A stretch of 32,000 nucleotides of DNA from contig VHBL01000002.1 in NCBI GenBank assembly GCA_016871995.1, positions 30,001 to 62,000 on the forward strand, given 5' to 3'. This DNA comes from Nitrososphaerota archaeon (GTDB taxonomy: Archaea > Thermoproteota > Nitrososphaeria > Nitrososphaerales > UBA57). Positions 1 to 8,518 of this stretch are shown piece by piece. The translations under genes and the position numbers were made by a program. The notes below the pieces were generated by a model. That model was given only the letters and a program-made list of their open reading frames with translations, made no database searches and had not been told where the DNA came from. Position 1 is the first letter of the stretch. Each line of letters starts with the position of its first letter.

Positions 1-1
1 T

Positions 2-349
2 TATGGCTGGAATAAGATGGAAGGCGCTCACTGTTACCCTCCCTCTGTGACAAATTGCAACAAAGAAGGGCTCAGGATGCCTATAGCTGAGTATAACCAT
101 GATGAAGGCTGTTCTATAACAGGTGGTTACGTTTACAGAGGGACTAAACTTAAGATGCTCTATGGCGCTTACATCTACGGCGATTATTGCAGCGGCAGAA
201 TATGGGCTCTCCGCCACGACGGCTCTAAGGTTACAGAAAGCTTTCTGTTAATTGACTCGAATCTGACCATCTCGTCGTTCGGAGAAGACGAAGCTGGTGA
301 GCTATACATTTTATCATTCGACGGGAAGATTTACAGTCTTGTTCCTTAA
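2..349 (+). CDS. PQQ-dependent sugar (glucose/sorbosone) dehydrogenase family protein, C-terminal part; 5' end lies outside the window
   Basis: The reading frame is open to the left window edge. YGWNKMEG...ITGGYVYRG...YIYGDYCSGRIWAL resembles the last propeller blades of soluble aldose/sorbosone dehydrogenases. Confidence 0.7.
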   Translation, partial: YGWNKMEGAHCYPPSVTNCNKEGLRMPIAEYNHDEGCSITGGYVYRGTKLKMLYGAYIYGDYCSGRIWALRHDGSKVTESFLLIDSNLTISSFGEDEAGELYILSFDGKIYSLVP

Positions 350-355
350 ATGCGG

Positions 356-754
356 TCAGGCGATCCCGGAAATTACGTATATACTTGCAGCAGCAATCAC
401 CAAAGTAAGCAGAAGACCTACTAAAGCGAATTTTCCCGCGGGCCTTGGTTCCTTCTCCTTTATCTCAGCGTAGTCAGACCTATACTTCCTGATTGAAATG
501 AGGTTCACTACACTACCTACAATAACTGTTACCATTCCCAAGCCTGTATTAGCCCTAACTGGAGCCTGAACAGGTACTGGTTCGGCACCAGGATCTGCCT
601 GGTTAGGTATGAACACTTGAACCTGACTCGCCGTCGCGCTAAATATAGTAGCAACTACGCCTACCGCTATAATTGCTAGTCCTACAACAAGCCTGAGTAT
701 ATATCTCCTTTCAACAACTCTGTACTGGTCTGTAGGTCCACGATACTTCATCAT
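356..754 (-). CDS. hypothetical membrane protein (about 132 aa, three hydrophobic segments)
   Basis: The track ORF (356..946) extends 64 codons into the divergent nitrilase gene. An internal ATG-ATG at 754 removes that overlap. Hydrophobic stretches include LVVGLAIIAVGVVATIF and FALVGLLLTLVIAAASIYVI. No family recognised. Confidence 0.5.
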   Translation of the reverse strand: MMKYRGPTDQYRVVERRYILRLVVGLAIIAVGVVATIFSATASQVQVFIPNQADPGAEPVPVQAPVRANTGLGMVTVIVGSVVNLISIRKYRSDYAEIKEKEPRPAGKFALVGLLLTLVIAAASIYVISGIA

Positions 755-850
755 AGTTATTTGCCGCGATAAAATCAAACCGTGGTACCTATTAAGTGTT
801 AAGAGACCCTGCAGAAAAGTTAACAATGCTAAATTGCGCTTAAGATAGGA

Positions 851-1660
851 ATGGTAAATCTTAGTTTCATTCAGTTCAAGCCAAATTTTGGGGATATACA
901 GGGCAATCTTGATCAGGTAAAGGAGCTCGTCCCAAGAGCCATGCAAGGAATAATTGTTTTACCAGAGCTCTTTAACACAGGTTACACCTTTACTGGCAAA
1001 AAAGAAGTTGCAGAGCTTGCTGAAGAAGCTCCAGCAGGTGAAACCTGTTCCAAGTTGGCAGATCTATCCAAAAAGATGACCAGTACTATCGTTGCTGGCT
1101 TTGCTGAAAAGGCAGGCTCGAAAATATATAACAGTGCTATGATAGTTTCAAATGGTGAATTTTTGGGCGTATACAGGAAGGCACACTTATTCTACAAAGA
1201 GAAACTGTGGTTCAGCCCTGGGAAGACAGGCTTCCCAGTATTCGACACAAAGGATGGAAGGATTGGTGTCATGATCTGTTTCGATTGGATCTATCCAGAG
1301 GCCGCAAGGGTTCTTGCACTGAGAGGAGCGGATGTGATAGCGCATCCATCAAACCTTGTCCTTCCTGGCCTTGCACAGAGAGGAATGAGAATACGAGCTC
1401 TTGAAAATAGAGTCTTTACTATTACTGCCAATAGGGTGGGAACTGAAAGTAGAGGAGAAGACCGGTTCAGGTTCACAGGGCGAAGCCAGATAGTAAGTCC
1501 GAAGATGAAGGTTCTTGCATCTGCAAACTCTGCAGAAACTACCGTGAAATCTGTTGAGGTCGATCTTTCGCAAGCACGTAACAAAATGATAAATAAACTA
1601 AATAACTTGCTGGAAGGAAGGCAAATAGACCTGTATTCATCTCTTACGAAGCAGGTTTGA
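851..1660 (+). CDS. carbon-nitrogen hydrolase (nitrilase superfamily) protein
   Basis: Full-length ORF with the Glu-Lys-Cys triad contexts typical of the superfamily (VLPELF, YRKAHLF, MICFDWIYPE). Confidence 0.85.
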   Translation: MVNLSFIQFKPNFGDIQGNLDQVKELVPRAMQGIIVLPELFNTGYTFTGKKEVAELAEEAPAGETCSKLADLSKKMTSTIVAGFAEKAGSKIYNSAMIVSNGEFLGVYRKAHLFYKEKLWFSPGKTGFPVFDTKDGRIGVMICFDWIYPEAARVLALRGADVIAHPSNLVLPGLAQRGMRIRALENRVFTITANRVGTESRGEDRFRFTGRSQIVSPKMKVLASANSAETTVKSVEVDLSQARNKMINKLNNLLEGRQIDLYSSLTKQV

Positions 1661-2021
1661 TCACTATTGCGGGGATCTCCTTGCCGTTATGCCTTATCTT
1701 AAGAGGAGAACTGTTCCCGTTCGTGTGCAAGACTCTTCTTTCGAGACCCTTTCTCCCCCTAAACTGCCAAAGTTCGCCCATGGCACCAAAGGCTTGAGCC
1801 CACTGCACAAAGGTCACGCTCTCGGCTCTACCGATCCTTGCCTTACCACTCTTTACCTGAATAACAAGAATCTCGCCATCTTTGGCTGCAAATACATCTA
1901 CAGGGCCGTGTGACATTGCACTTCTGCTACATACCCAGCCTTCGTTTCTGAGTATGCTCATTACTTTGTACTCTTTTGCCCTGCCCCTGTAATAGTTTGT
2001 AACCATCCCTCCATCCATCAT
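1644..2021 (-). CDS. hjc: Hjc-like Holliday junction resolvase / PD-(D/E)XK nuclease-fold protein (atypical Gln at one catalytic position)
   Basis: GRAKEYKVMSILRNEGWVCSRSAMSHGPVDVFAAKDGEILVIQVKSGK follows the archaeal Hjc pattern (E..., G[FW]..R.A.S...DI/V.A, I-E-x-K-S), with E17, D42, Q55 and K57. Confidence 0.55.
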   Translation of the reverse strand: MMDGGMVTNYYRGRAKEYKVMSILRNEGWVCSRSAMSHGPVDVFAAKDGEILVIQVKSGKARIGRAESVTFVQWAQAFGAMGELWQFRGRKGLERRVLHTNGNSSPLKIRHNGKEIPAIVIKPAS

Positions 2022-2043
2022 GCAGAAGAAGCAATTAAATCTA

Positions 2044-2059
2044 ATTCAGGAAACTGAAT
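2044..2059. promoter_or_regulatory. candidate operator: inverted repeat ATTCAG-N4-CTGAAT in the hjc-like/ribK divergent intergenic region
   Basis: The 6-4-6 palindrome was read directly. An extra ATTCAG half-site sits at 2095..2100. A TATA-like TTTTAAAATA at 2072..2081 lies about 29 nt before the ribK ATG. Confidence 0.3.
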
Positions 2060-2105
2060 AGCTTCCGATGGTTTTAAAATACGCTTATCGTCCTATTCAG
2101 CAGTA

Positions 2106-2789
2106 ATGAGTTTGGCGAAACCCGCATACCTTCAGACGATGCTAGAACTTTTGCTGCTTGGAGCTAAGGATAAGCCTGTGAAACTTTCAACTATAGACCT
2201 TGCAAAAAGAATTGGCAAATCGCAGCAAGCAGCATCCAAGTATTTGTTGGAGCTGGAACAGAACGGATACATCGAGAGGACGAAGGCAGGCAAACGGACA
2301 TTAGTGAAACTCACCAAACTAGGCAACGATGTTCTATTTCAGATTCACGTTCAATTGAAGACAGCTCTGGAGGGAAAGGCTCAGAAATCTGAAGTTCGTG
2401 GTAGAGTGTTTACAGGTCTAGGAGAAGGCGCGTACTATATCTCACTGAACGGTTACAGAAAGCAGTTCGTTAGGAAGCTAGGCTTTGATCCCTATCCTGG
2501 TACGCTGAACCTTCGCTTGACCTCCCCGCTGGACAGAATGGTCAGAGATATGCTGGAGAAACTGCATGGGATCAAGGTTGAGGGTTTCGAGGATGGGCAT
2601 AGGACATACGGCGGTGCTAAGTGTTTCGCTGCTAGACTCAATGATTCTGTTGATGGAACGGTTCTTGTGCTAGAGAGAACTAGCCATGACAATTCTGTCT
2701 TGGAGGTTATCGCTCCTTTAAGGCTCAGAGATAAATTGAATCTTAAGGATGGAGACCATGTCAAGGTAACTATAGATGCAGTAGCCTAA
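2106..2789 (+). CDS. ribK: winged-helix HTH domain fused to CTP-dependent riboflavin kinase (RbkR-like bifunctional regulator/kinase)
   Basis: The C-terminal half (GRVFTGLGEGAYYISLNGYRKQFVRKLGFDPYPGTLNLRL ... LEVIAP) matches the archaeal MJ0056-type riboflavin kinase. The N-terminal ~90 aa (LSTIDLAKRIGKSQQAASKYLLELEQNGYIER) look like a wHTH domain. Confidence 0.85.
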   Translation: MSLAKPAYLQTMLELLLLGAKDKPVKLSTIDLAKRIGKSQQAASKYLLELEQNGYIERTKAGKRTLVKLTKLGNDVLFQIHVQLKTALEGKAQKSEVRGRVFTGLGEGAYYISLNGYRKQFVRKLGFDPYPGTLNLRLTSPLDRMVRDMLEKLHGIKVEGFEDGHRTYGGAKCFAARLNDSVDGTVLVLERTSHDNSVLEVIAPLRLRDKLNLKDGDHVKVTIDAVA

Positions 2790-3406
2790 AAATCCTTCAT
2801 GACGCTCTGCTCTTTGATTATCTTAGAGCTTTTGACGTTTGGAATAGGAGAAGAAAGCCTTACAACCTTTACTTTTATGCCGCGCTTCGCCGATTCATCG
2901 ACAAGGAGTTTTTCGTCATGCATTTGGTCATAGCCTAGTGCTATTATGTTAGGCTTTACCTTCATCACGGTTTCGAATATGTTCGTTTCGCTTCCAAGAA
3001 TTGCGAGATCCACGCATCTCAGTGCTTGAACTAGTTCTTTCCTGAGCTTCTCGTCGTTGACAGGTTTCCGCCCTTTGTTCTTGATGACAGTGCTATTTCT
3101 TGCGACTGAAACTATCAAGGCATCGCCCAGTTTTTTAGATTCAGAAAGCGTATGTACATGGCCTGGATGTATTATGTCAAATGCCCCCCCAGCAAAGACG
3201 ATTTTGATCTTCTTTCTTCCTTTACCGGTAATGTAGTAACCCTTTGGAGTGCTCTTCAGATGACCCTGCTTGGCTAGATTCTTGCATTCTGCAATTAGGA
3301 GGTCTTTTGTTGCATGCGTTCTCTCCAGAATGCTTTTGAGTGCGCTGGGCCTGTTCTGGAGGTTGTCGCAGTACACTGCTACTAGCAGGTTCTTGGAAAG
3401 AGACAT
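2786..3406 (-). CDS. ribL: FAD synthase RibL (FMN adenylyltransferase, cytidylyltransferase fold) with a ~65-aa N-terminal extension
   Basis: VFAGGAFDIIHPGHVHTLSESKKLGDALIVSVARNSTVIKNKGRKP...ILG...KPNIIALGYDQ parallels MJ1179-type RibL. Residues 1-65 are additional. Confidence 0.85.
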   Translation of the reverse strand: MSLSKNLLVAVYCDNLQNRPSALKSILERTHATKDLLIAECKNLAKQGHLKSTPKGYYITGKGRKKIKIVFAGGAFDIIHPGHVHTLSESKKLGDALIVSVARNSTVIKNKGRKPVNDEKLRKELVQALRCVDLAILGSETNIFETVMKVKPNIIALGYDQMHDEKLLVDESAKRGIKVKVVRLSSPIPNVKSSKIIKEQSVMKDF

Positions 3407-3609
3407 GCCGTTCCCATTGCTTGCATGTTTTTTACGTTATAGGCATTGCTGAGGTTTTGCACATGCGCAATAGCAATTGTAATCTCTGGTCGGCTTCCAT
3501 AGACGGGGATGGACGAGAATAATAATACTTGAGTACTTTAATGCGCTTCTGGAAAGAAGGCAAAAAGTATTTGTAAGCCATGAAAGCTGAGCCGTAAAGA
3601 CTAAGATCA

Positions 3610-4371
3610 ATGCCATTCGATAAAGGTTCGCTAATACTCGCAAACTTCACCGCCAAGATCAAGGAGACTGGTGAAGGTGTAGACACTACTGTTGAGGAAG
3701 ATGCCAAGAAGCTCGGCATGCACGATCCTACCAGAAAGTATGAACCGAGGCTTGTTGCTGTTGGCGATTCGTGGGTTCTCCAAGGCGTAGACGAAGCTCT
3801 TGCAAAGGCAGATGCTGGGCAGAAGGTTTCCATCGAAGTTTCTCCTGAGAAGGGCTTTGGGACAAGGGACCCTGCAAAGGTTCGCCTGGTTCCGATAAGA
3901 AGGTTTGGCGACAAGGCTGACCAATTGAGCATAGGTGCTGAAATCGAGGTTGATGGAAGAATCGGCATCGTGAAACTTATGGGTTCGGGGAGAGTCCAAC
4001 TGGATTTCAACCACAAGTACGCCGGCAAGGTTCTGCTCTATGACATCGAAGTTGTAAAGGCTCTGAGTGCTGACGATGAGAAGATCAAAGCCTTGCTTCA
4101 CAGGCGACTCCCAATCGAGATTGACAAAGTAGAGCTTACACTTGATGGCAGTTCTGCAAGCATAAAGCTACCAAGTGATACATATCTTCTTGAAGGGCTG
4201 CAAATAATAAAGAGGGCTATTACAAATGACATCTTCAAGTATGTCAAAAGCGTTGAGAAGGTTCTTTTTGTAGAGGAGTACCTTTCGCAGAAGCCAAAGG
4301 AAGAGCCTAAGCCAGAGGTTAAGGAAGCCAAAGAAACGGAAGCGAAGGTCGAGGCTCCGGCTCCGAGCTAG
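3610..4371 (+). CDS. FKBP-type peptidyl-prolyl cis-trans isomerase (long archaeal type)
   Basis: Typical archaeal FKBP N-terminus (ANFTAKIKETGEGVDTT), an insert-in-flap region and DFNHKYAGKVLLYDIEVVK, plus a C-terminal domain and a K/E-rich tail. Confidence 0.85.
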   Translation: MPFDKGSLILANFTAKIKETGEGVDTTVEEDAKKLGMHDPTRKYEPRLVAVGDSWVLQGVDEALAKADAGQKVSIEVSPEKGFGTRDPAKVRLVPIRRFGDKADQLSIGAEIEVDGRIGIVKLMGSGRVQLDFNHKYAGKVLLYDIEVVKALSADDEKIKALLHRRLPIEIDKVELTLDGSSASIKLPSDTYLLEGLQIIKRAITNDIFKYVKSVEKVLFVEEYLSQKPKEEPKPEVKEAKETEAKVEAPAPS

Positions 4372-5414
4372 ATTCCTGCAGACTTGACCAGTTCCATAGC
4401 ATCAGCACTGTTGAGTTTCTTTTTGCCCAGAATGGTGTAGCGTTCAGGTCTTACCGTGGAAGCCAAGACTACGGCCTTGGCCATGGTTTCAGCATCAACT
4501 CCAATAGCTGCGGCAGTTGTCGGTGAACCTATACTCTTCAAAGCCTTTGCAATACTCTCCCATTCCAGCCCGTGCAGTTTGGCCATCAGGATTGTGCCTA
4601 TGCCGCATTTTTCTCCGTGCAGTCCCTTTCCCGGCGCGATCAAGTCTAGGGCATGACTGACCAGATGCTCCGAGCCGCTGCACGGCCTGCTGCTTCCTGC
4701 AATCCCCGCTGCTACCCCTCCGCTTATCAATGCCTCTACTATCTCTCTTACGCTGTCTGTGCTGCAGTCTTTCCACCTTGAAGCGTTCTGGATGAACATC
4801 TCTGCTCCCAGCATGGCTAAACTTGCCGCATATCTTCCGTAATATTCTCCAACGTCATCCCTTGCAAGTTCCCAGTCTCTTACCGCTGTGATCTTGGCTA
4901 CAAGGTCTCCGCATCCGCTGAGGATCAACCTTCTTGGAGCATCTGCAATTACGTCTATGTCTGCGAGTATCCCTGCAGGGGGCTTTGCGACTATCGAGTA
5001 TGGCTTGCCCAAGCCTTTCATTGAAGCAAACGGGCTGGACATCCCGTCGTGAGATGCACTAGTAGGGACGCTGATGAAGGCTATGTTTGCATAAAATGCC
5101 GCCAACTTTGACAAATCAACGGATTTGCCTCCGCCCAATCCTATGATATGAAAGACCTTTTCATTGATAGCCTGATTTGCGACATTCCCTGCAATCTCTT
5201 TGGTCGCGATTTCAGATATGAACCATATAGGCGAAACCCCTGCAGATTTTAATGACGCTGCAACCTTCATCCCAAGCTTCTGCTTTACGTGAGGGCCTGT
5301 GACCACTATTACCCTGTTGGCAGAGCCCAAATCCTTGGCAAACTGCCCTAGCTCCGCTATCACTCCCTGCCCCACTAGCACTTTTCTCGGCAGCTCCATC
5401 ATGTGCCCGCGCAA
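4368..5414 (-). CDS. egsA: glycerol-1-phosphate dehydrogenase [NAD(P)+]
   Basis: Iron-ADH-like fold with GLGGGKSVDLSKLAA, SHDG, and LHGEKCGIGT. Length and pattern fit archaeal G1PDH. The start could also be the ATG at 5402/5399. Confidence 0.9.
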   Translation of the reverse strand: MRGHMMELPRKVLVGQGVIAELGQFAKDLGSANRVIVVTGPHVKQKLGMKVAASLKSAGVSPIWFISEIATKEIAGNVANQAINEKVFHIIGLGGGKSVDLSKLAAFYANIAFISVPTSASHDGMSSPFASMKGLGKPYSIVAKPPAGILADIDVIADAPRRLILSGCGDLVAKITAVRDWELARDDVGEYYGRYAASLAMLGAEMFIQNASRWKDCSTDSVREIVEALISGGVAAGIAGSSRPCSGSEHLVSHALDLIAPGKGLHGEKCGIGTILMAKLHGLEWESIAKALKSIGSPTTAAAIGVDAETMAKAVVLASTVRPERYTILGKKKLNSADAMELVKSAGI

Positions 5415-5504
5415 TGTCTTCCCTTGTGCCGTGGAGGAGGGGAAAAATTAAGATACCTACTGCTTTGCTCTTTGGTAGGATGCTATCTCGGTGACCTTGA
5501 AGTT

Positions 5505-6170
5505 TTGGGAATACATAAACTCGATATTTATCGTAGCTGCAACATAGGAATTTTCACAAAGGCAAACGATAGCGTTGTTCTGGTACCCTCGGGTCTGGCT
5601 GACACGAAGACGGAGCAACTGGCAAGTTTCCTGAATGCTAAAGCTGTCAGTGCCTCTGTTGGAGGTTCACGCCTTCTAGGCCCGCTGATTGCTATGAACA
5701 ATAAAGCGATTCTGGTTTCTAAGCTTGCAGATGATTATGAAATTGACGCCCTCGGCAAGGAGACCGGTCTCCGGGTCGAAAGGCTGGAGTCTAGGTTTAC
5801 ATCTGTCGGTAATATGATATCTGCGAACGATCATGGCGCTGTGATTTCAAGTGCTTTTTCAAGGGAAACTGCTGCTTTGATTTCTGAAATTCTTGGCGTG
5901 CCTGTCAGGCAGCTCAGCATTGCAAGATACATCCAGGCGGGTTCTATGGTCGCGGCTTCAAATTCTGGGGCCATAGTTCATCCTGCTGGAACGGAATGGG
6001 AGATTGAGCAAGTTGGAGAGATATTGAAGGTCGATGTTGAGGCTTGCACAGTGAATAACGGCGTTCCATATATTTCATCAGGGATTATTCTGAATAGCAA
6101 GGCTGCCGTTGTTGGGAGTTTGACAAGCGGACCTGAATTGATGATATTGTCTAGGGCTCTAAAACTATAG
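5505..6170 (+). CDS. eif6: translation initiation factor 6 (aIF6)
   Basis: LDIYRSCNIGIFTKANDSVVLVPSGL... and the repeated pentein-like modules match aIF6. The track ORF starts at ATG 5403 inside egsA, and those 34 extra residues are not aIF6-like. A TTG at 5505 preceded by GGTGA (5490..5494) gives about 221 aa. The start is uncertain. Confidence 0.8.
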   Translation: MGIHKLDIYRSCNIGIFTKANDSVVLVPSGLADTKTEQLASFLNAKAVSASVGGSRLLGPLIAMNNKAILVSKLADDYEIDALGKETGLRVERLESRFTSVGNMISANDHGAVISSAFSRETAALISEILGVPVRQLSIARYIQAGSMVAASNSGAIVHPAGTEWEIEQVGEILKVDVEACTVNNGVPYISSGIILNSKAAVVGSLTSGPELMILSRALKL

Positions 6171-6202
6171 CAAGTATTTTAAATCCTCATTACAAGACTC
6201 GC

Positions 6203-6643
6203 ATGATAGTTTTGGCAGCAGACCAAGAAGAGCAACGACTGCAATCACTAGTCTCACAAGTTAGAATTCTGGAGGCTTACCTGAACGAAGTCTCTGCAAG
6301 GGAAAATATTACTGGAAGGGCGATAATAGAAAGCAGAGCATCTTTGGAAGCGGTTAAGGCTCTAACCAGTACACCGAGCAACGAAGTATTGCTTCCAATA
6401 GGAGCAGGAGTATTGCTCAATTCAGCAATAGCAAAGCCAGACAAGCTCTTCATCGATATAGGAGCTGGAGCAGTAGTGGCAAAGACTCCAGAAGAAACAG
6501 CGGCATTCGTCGAACAAAGAATCAAGGAACTGGAAACCGCATTAGGAAACATTCAGCAGCAGAAAGCCCAAGTGGAGAACCAGTTAGCAGCGTACAGAGC
6601 AGCGGTAAACGATATCGTAGAAAAGGCCAGAAATGAAACATAA
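6203..6643 (+). CDS. pfdA: prefoldin alpha subunit
   Basis: Coiled-coil ends flank LLPIGAGVLLNSAI...DKLFIDIGAGAVVAKTPEE, the alpha-type double beta-hairpin core. It lies in the conserved aIF6-pfdA-ftsY neighbourhood. Confidence 0.85.
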   Translation: MIVLAADQEEQRLQSLVSQVRILEAYLNEVSARENITGRAIIESRASLEAVKALTSTPSNEVLLPIGAGVLLNSAIAKPDKLFIDIGAGAVVAKTPEETAAFVEQRIKELETALGNIQQQKAQVENQLAAYRAAVNDIVEKARNET

Positions 6644-7569
6644 TGTTTGATAAGCTAAAATCGGCATTTTCATCGGTTGTAAACGCATTTACCGAGCGCA
6701 CTTTATCGGAAAACCAGATTAACGAACTATTGGGAAAGTTGGAAGTTGACATGCTGGAAAGCGACGTGGCCTACGAAGTAGCACAGAACATCCTGACGGA
6801 TTTGAAACAGCAACTAGCCAATGAAAAGGTCAAAAGAGCATCTGACACATCAGAAATCATAATTGAAAAGTTCAGGCACTCTATTGAAGAAATATTTGCC
6901 AAGACCCCTACTATAGACTTTTTCTCAAAGATAGCGGAGAAGAATTCAACAGGCAACCCCTACGTGATGACCTTCTTGGGCATAAATGGAACAGGAAAGA
7001 CAACGACGATAGCAAAATTTTCGAATATGTTGAGGAAGAAGGGTCTTTCAGTAGTAATAGCTGCTGGAGATACTCATAGGGCTGGTGCGATAGAACAATT
7101 ATCAGAGCATGCAGACAGATTAGGCATAAAGGTAGTTTCGCAGAGATACGGCTCGGACCCGGCGGCAGTTGCGAGGGATGCGGTCATGTACGCAAAGAAC
7201 CACCATGTCAATGTAGTAATAGTTGATACAGCAGGGAGAATACAGACGAGCAAGAACCTTATGGAAGAGATGGCCAAGATAGTCAGGGTCGTTAAGCCAG
7301 ATCTCAAGATATTTGTGGGAGACTCTCTTGCGGGGAACGATGCAATCTCTCAGGCAAAGGAATTCCTTGCTGCAACGGACTATGACGGAGTAGTTCTAAC
7401 CAAAGTGGATGCCGATGCAAGAGGAGGGGCAGCACTTTCTATAGCAAGCGTCACAGGTCGACCAATTCTATACCTTGGCATAGGTCAGGAGTATGATGAT
7501 TTGATACCCTTCGAGCCAGCATTCTTTACGAAGAATCTTTTCAACAGACAGGCAGTAGCTGCAAACTGA
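6643..7569 (+). CDS. ftsY: signal recognition particle receptor FtsY
   Basis: SRP-GTPase NG domain motifs GINGTGKTTTIAK, DTAGR, TKVDADARGGAALS. The ATG overlaps the pfdA stop by 1 nt. Confidence 0.93.
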   Translation: MFDKLKSAFSSVVNAFTERTLSENQINELLGKLEVDMLESDVAYEVAQNILTDLKQQLANEKVKRASDTSEIIIEKFRHSIEEIFAKTPTIDFFSKIAEKNSTGNPYVMTFLGINGTGKTTTIAKFSNMLRKKGLSVVIAAGDTHRAGAIEQLSEHADRLGIKVVSQRYGSDPAAVARDAVMYAKNHHVNVVIVDTAGRIQTSKNLMEEMAKIVRVVKPDLKIFVGDSLAGNDAISQAKEFLAATDYDGVVLTKVDADARGGAALSIASVTGRPILYLGIGQEYDDLIPFEPAFFTKNLFNRQAVAAN

Positions 7570-7579
7570 AGGCGTTCAT

Positions 7580-8518
7580 ATGCCAAAACCAGCATTACCA
7601 AACATACTTACCCTTGAAGAACTCTCTCCAAAGCAGATAACTTCAATTCTAGACCTTGCCGACAAGCTGAAGGCTGAAAGAAGGAAAGGGATCATAAGAA
7701 GAGGCCTCTCTGGGAAGACCCTCGTGTTGTTGTTCCAAAAGGCATCGACAAGGACTAGGGTAAGCTTTGAAGTGGCAATTGCAGAACTCGGAGGGCATTC
7801 CATATTCATCAATCCTTCAGATGCGCAGTTGTCAAGGGGGGAGACAATAGCAGACACTGCAAGGACGTTATCGCGCTTTGCCCACGTGTTAGCAGTGAGG
7901 GTCTATGCTCATAAGGACATTGAAGAGCTTTCAGAATACGCAAGCATACCCGTCATCAACGCACTCTCAAACGACTACCATCCATGCCAAGCACTCTCCG
8001 ACATTCAGACCATAAGAGAAAAGAAGGGCAACTTCAAGAAACTAAAATTGGCTTGGGTAGGGGACGGGAACAATGTCTGCAACGCTTTGCTGGTTGCGTC
8101 TGGCAAGGTAGGCCTGAACATGACGGTCGCATCCCCAAAGAAATACGGACCATCAACAAATGCCCTGAAGGCTGCTAAAGAGGCAGCCAGAAAAAGCGGG
8201 GCAAATATAGAAATTACAGATGATGCATTAGAAGCAGTAGATGGAGCGGACATACTAGCGACTGACAGTTTCGTTTCGATGGGTTCCGAAGCAGAAGCGA
8301 AGGAAAGACTGCAAGCCTTCATCCCAGAGTACCAGGTCACTGCAAAGCTATTCGCAAGAGCAAAGCGCGATGCGATATTCATGCACTGCCTCCCTGCAAA
8401 GAGAGGGCAGGAAGTAGAATCAAAAGTCATCGACGGAGCAAGGTCAGTAGTTTGGGAGGAAGCCGAAAACAAACTGCACACACATAAAGCCCTCCTTCAG
8501 CTATACCTTACTAACTGA
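7580..8518 (+). CDS. argF: ornithine carbamoyltransferase
   Basis: STRTRVSFE, HPCQALSD, the ornithine-type FVSMG motif and HCLPA. Confidence 0.92.
   Translation: MPKPALPNILTLEELSPKQITSILDLADKLKAERRKGIIRRGLSGKTLVLLFQKASTRTRVSFEVAIAELGGHSIFINPSDAQLSRGETIADTARTLSRFAHVLAVRVYAHKDIEELSEYASIPVINALSNDYHPCQALSDIQTIREKKGNFKKLKLAWVGDGNNVCNALLVASGKVGLNMTVASPKKYGPSTNALKAAKEAARKSGANIEITDDALEAVDGADILATDSFVSMGSEAEAKERLQAFIPEYQVTAKLFARAKRDAIFMHCLPAKRGQEVESKVIDGARSVVWEEAENKLHTHKALLQLYLTN

Noticed and set aside
755-946. 64-codon N-terminal extension of the 356..946 minus-strand ORF, and the similar extension of aIF6 (5403..5504)
   Set aside because: The extensions overlap the neighbouring divergent genes (nitrilase, egsA) and lack similarity to the respective families. 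Internal starts remove the overlaps.
3460-3540. Possible FMN (RFN) riboswitch between ribL and the FKBP gene
   Set aside because: GUAAUCUCUGG…AUAGACGGGGAUGGACGAGAA vaguely recalls the 3' part of the RFN element. It is on the plus strand, facing the FKBP gene rather than ribL. The conserved 5' half (GGGUGAAAUUCCC-type) is absent, and FMN riboswitches are not established in archaea.
3432-4028. 198-aa minus-strand ORF, and the 156-aa ORF at 3631..4101, overlapping the FKBP gene
   Set aside because: They are antisense to a gene with unambiguous FKBP homology. Composition is Ser/Pro/Leu-rich and there are no recognisable motifs. The non-overlapping tail (3432..3581, MAYKYFLPSFQKRIKVLKYYY…) has no family resemblance or supporting signal either.
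8005-8481. 158-aa minus-strand ORF
   Set aside because: Antisense shadow of argF, with no motifs.
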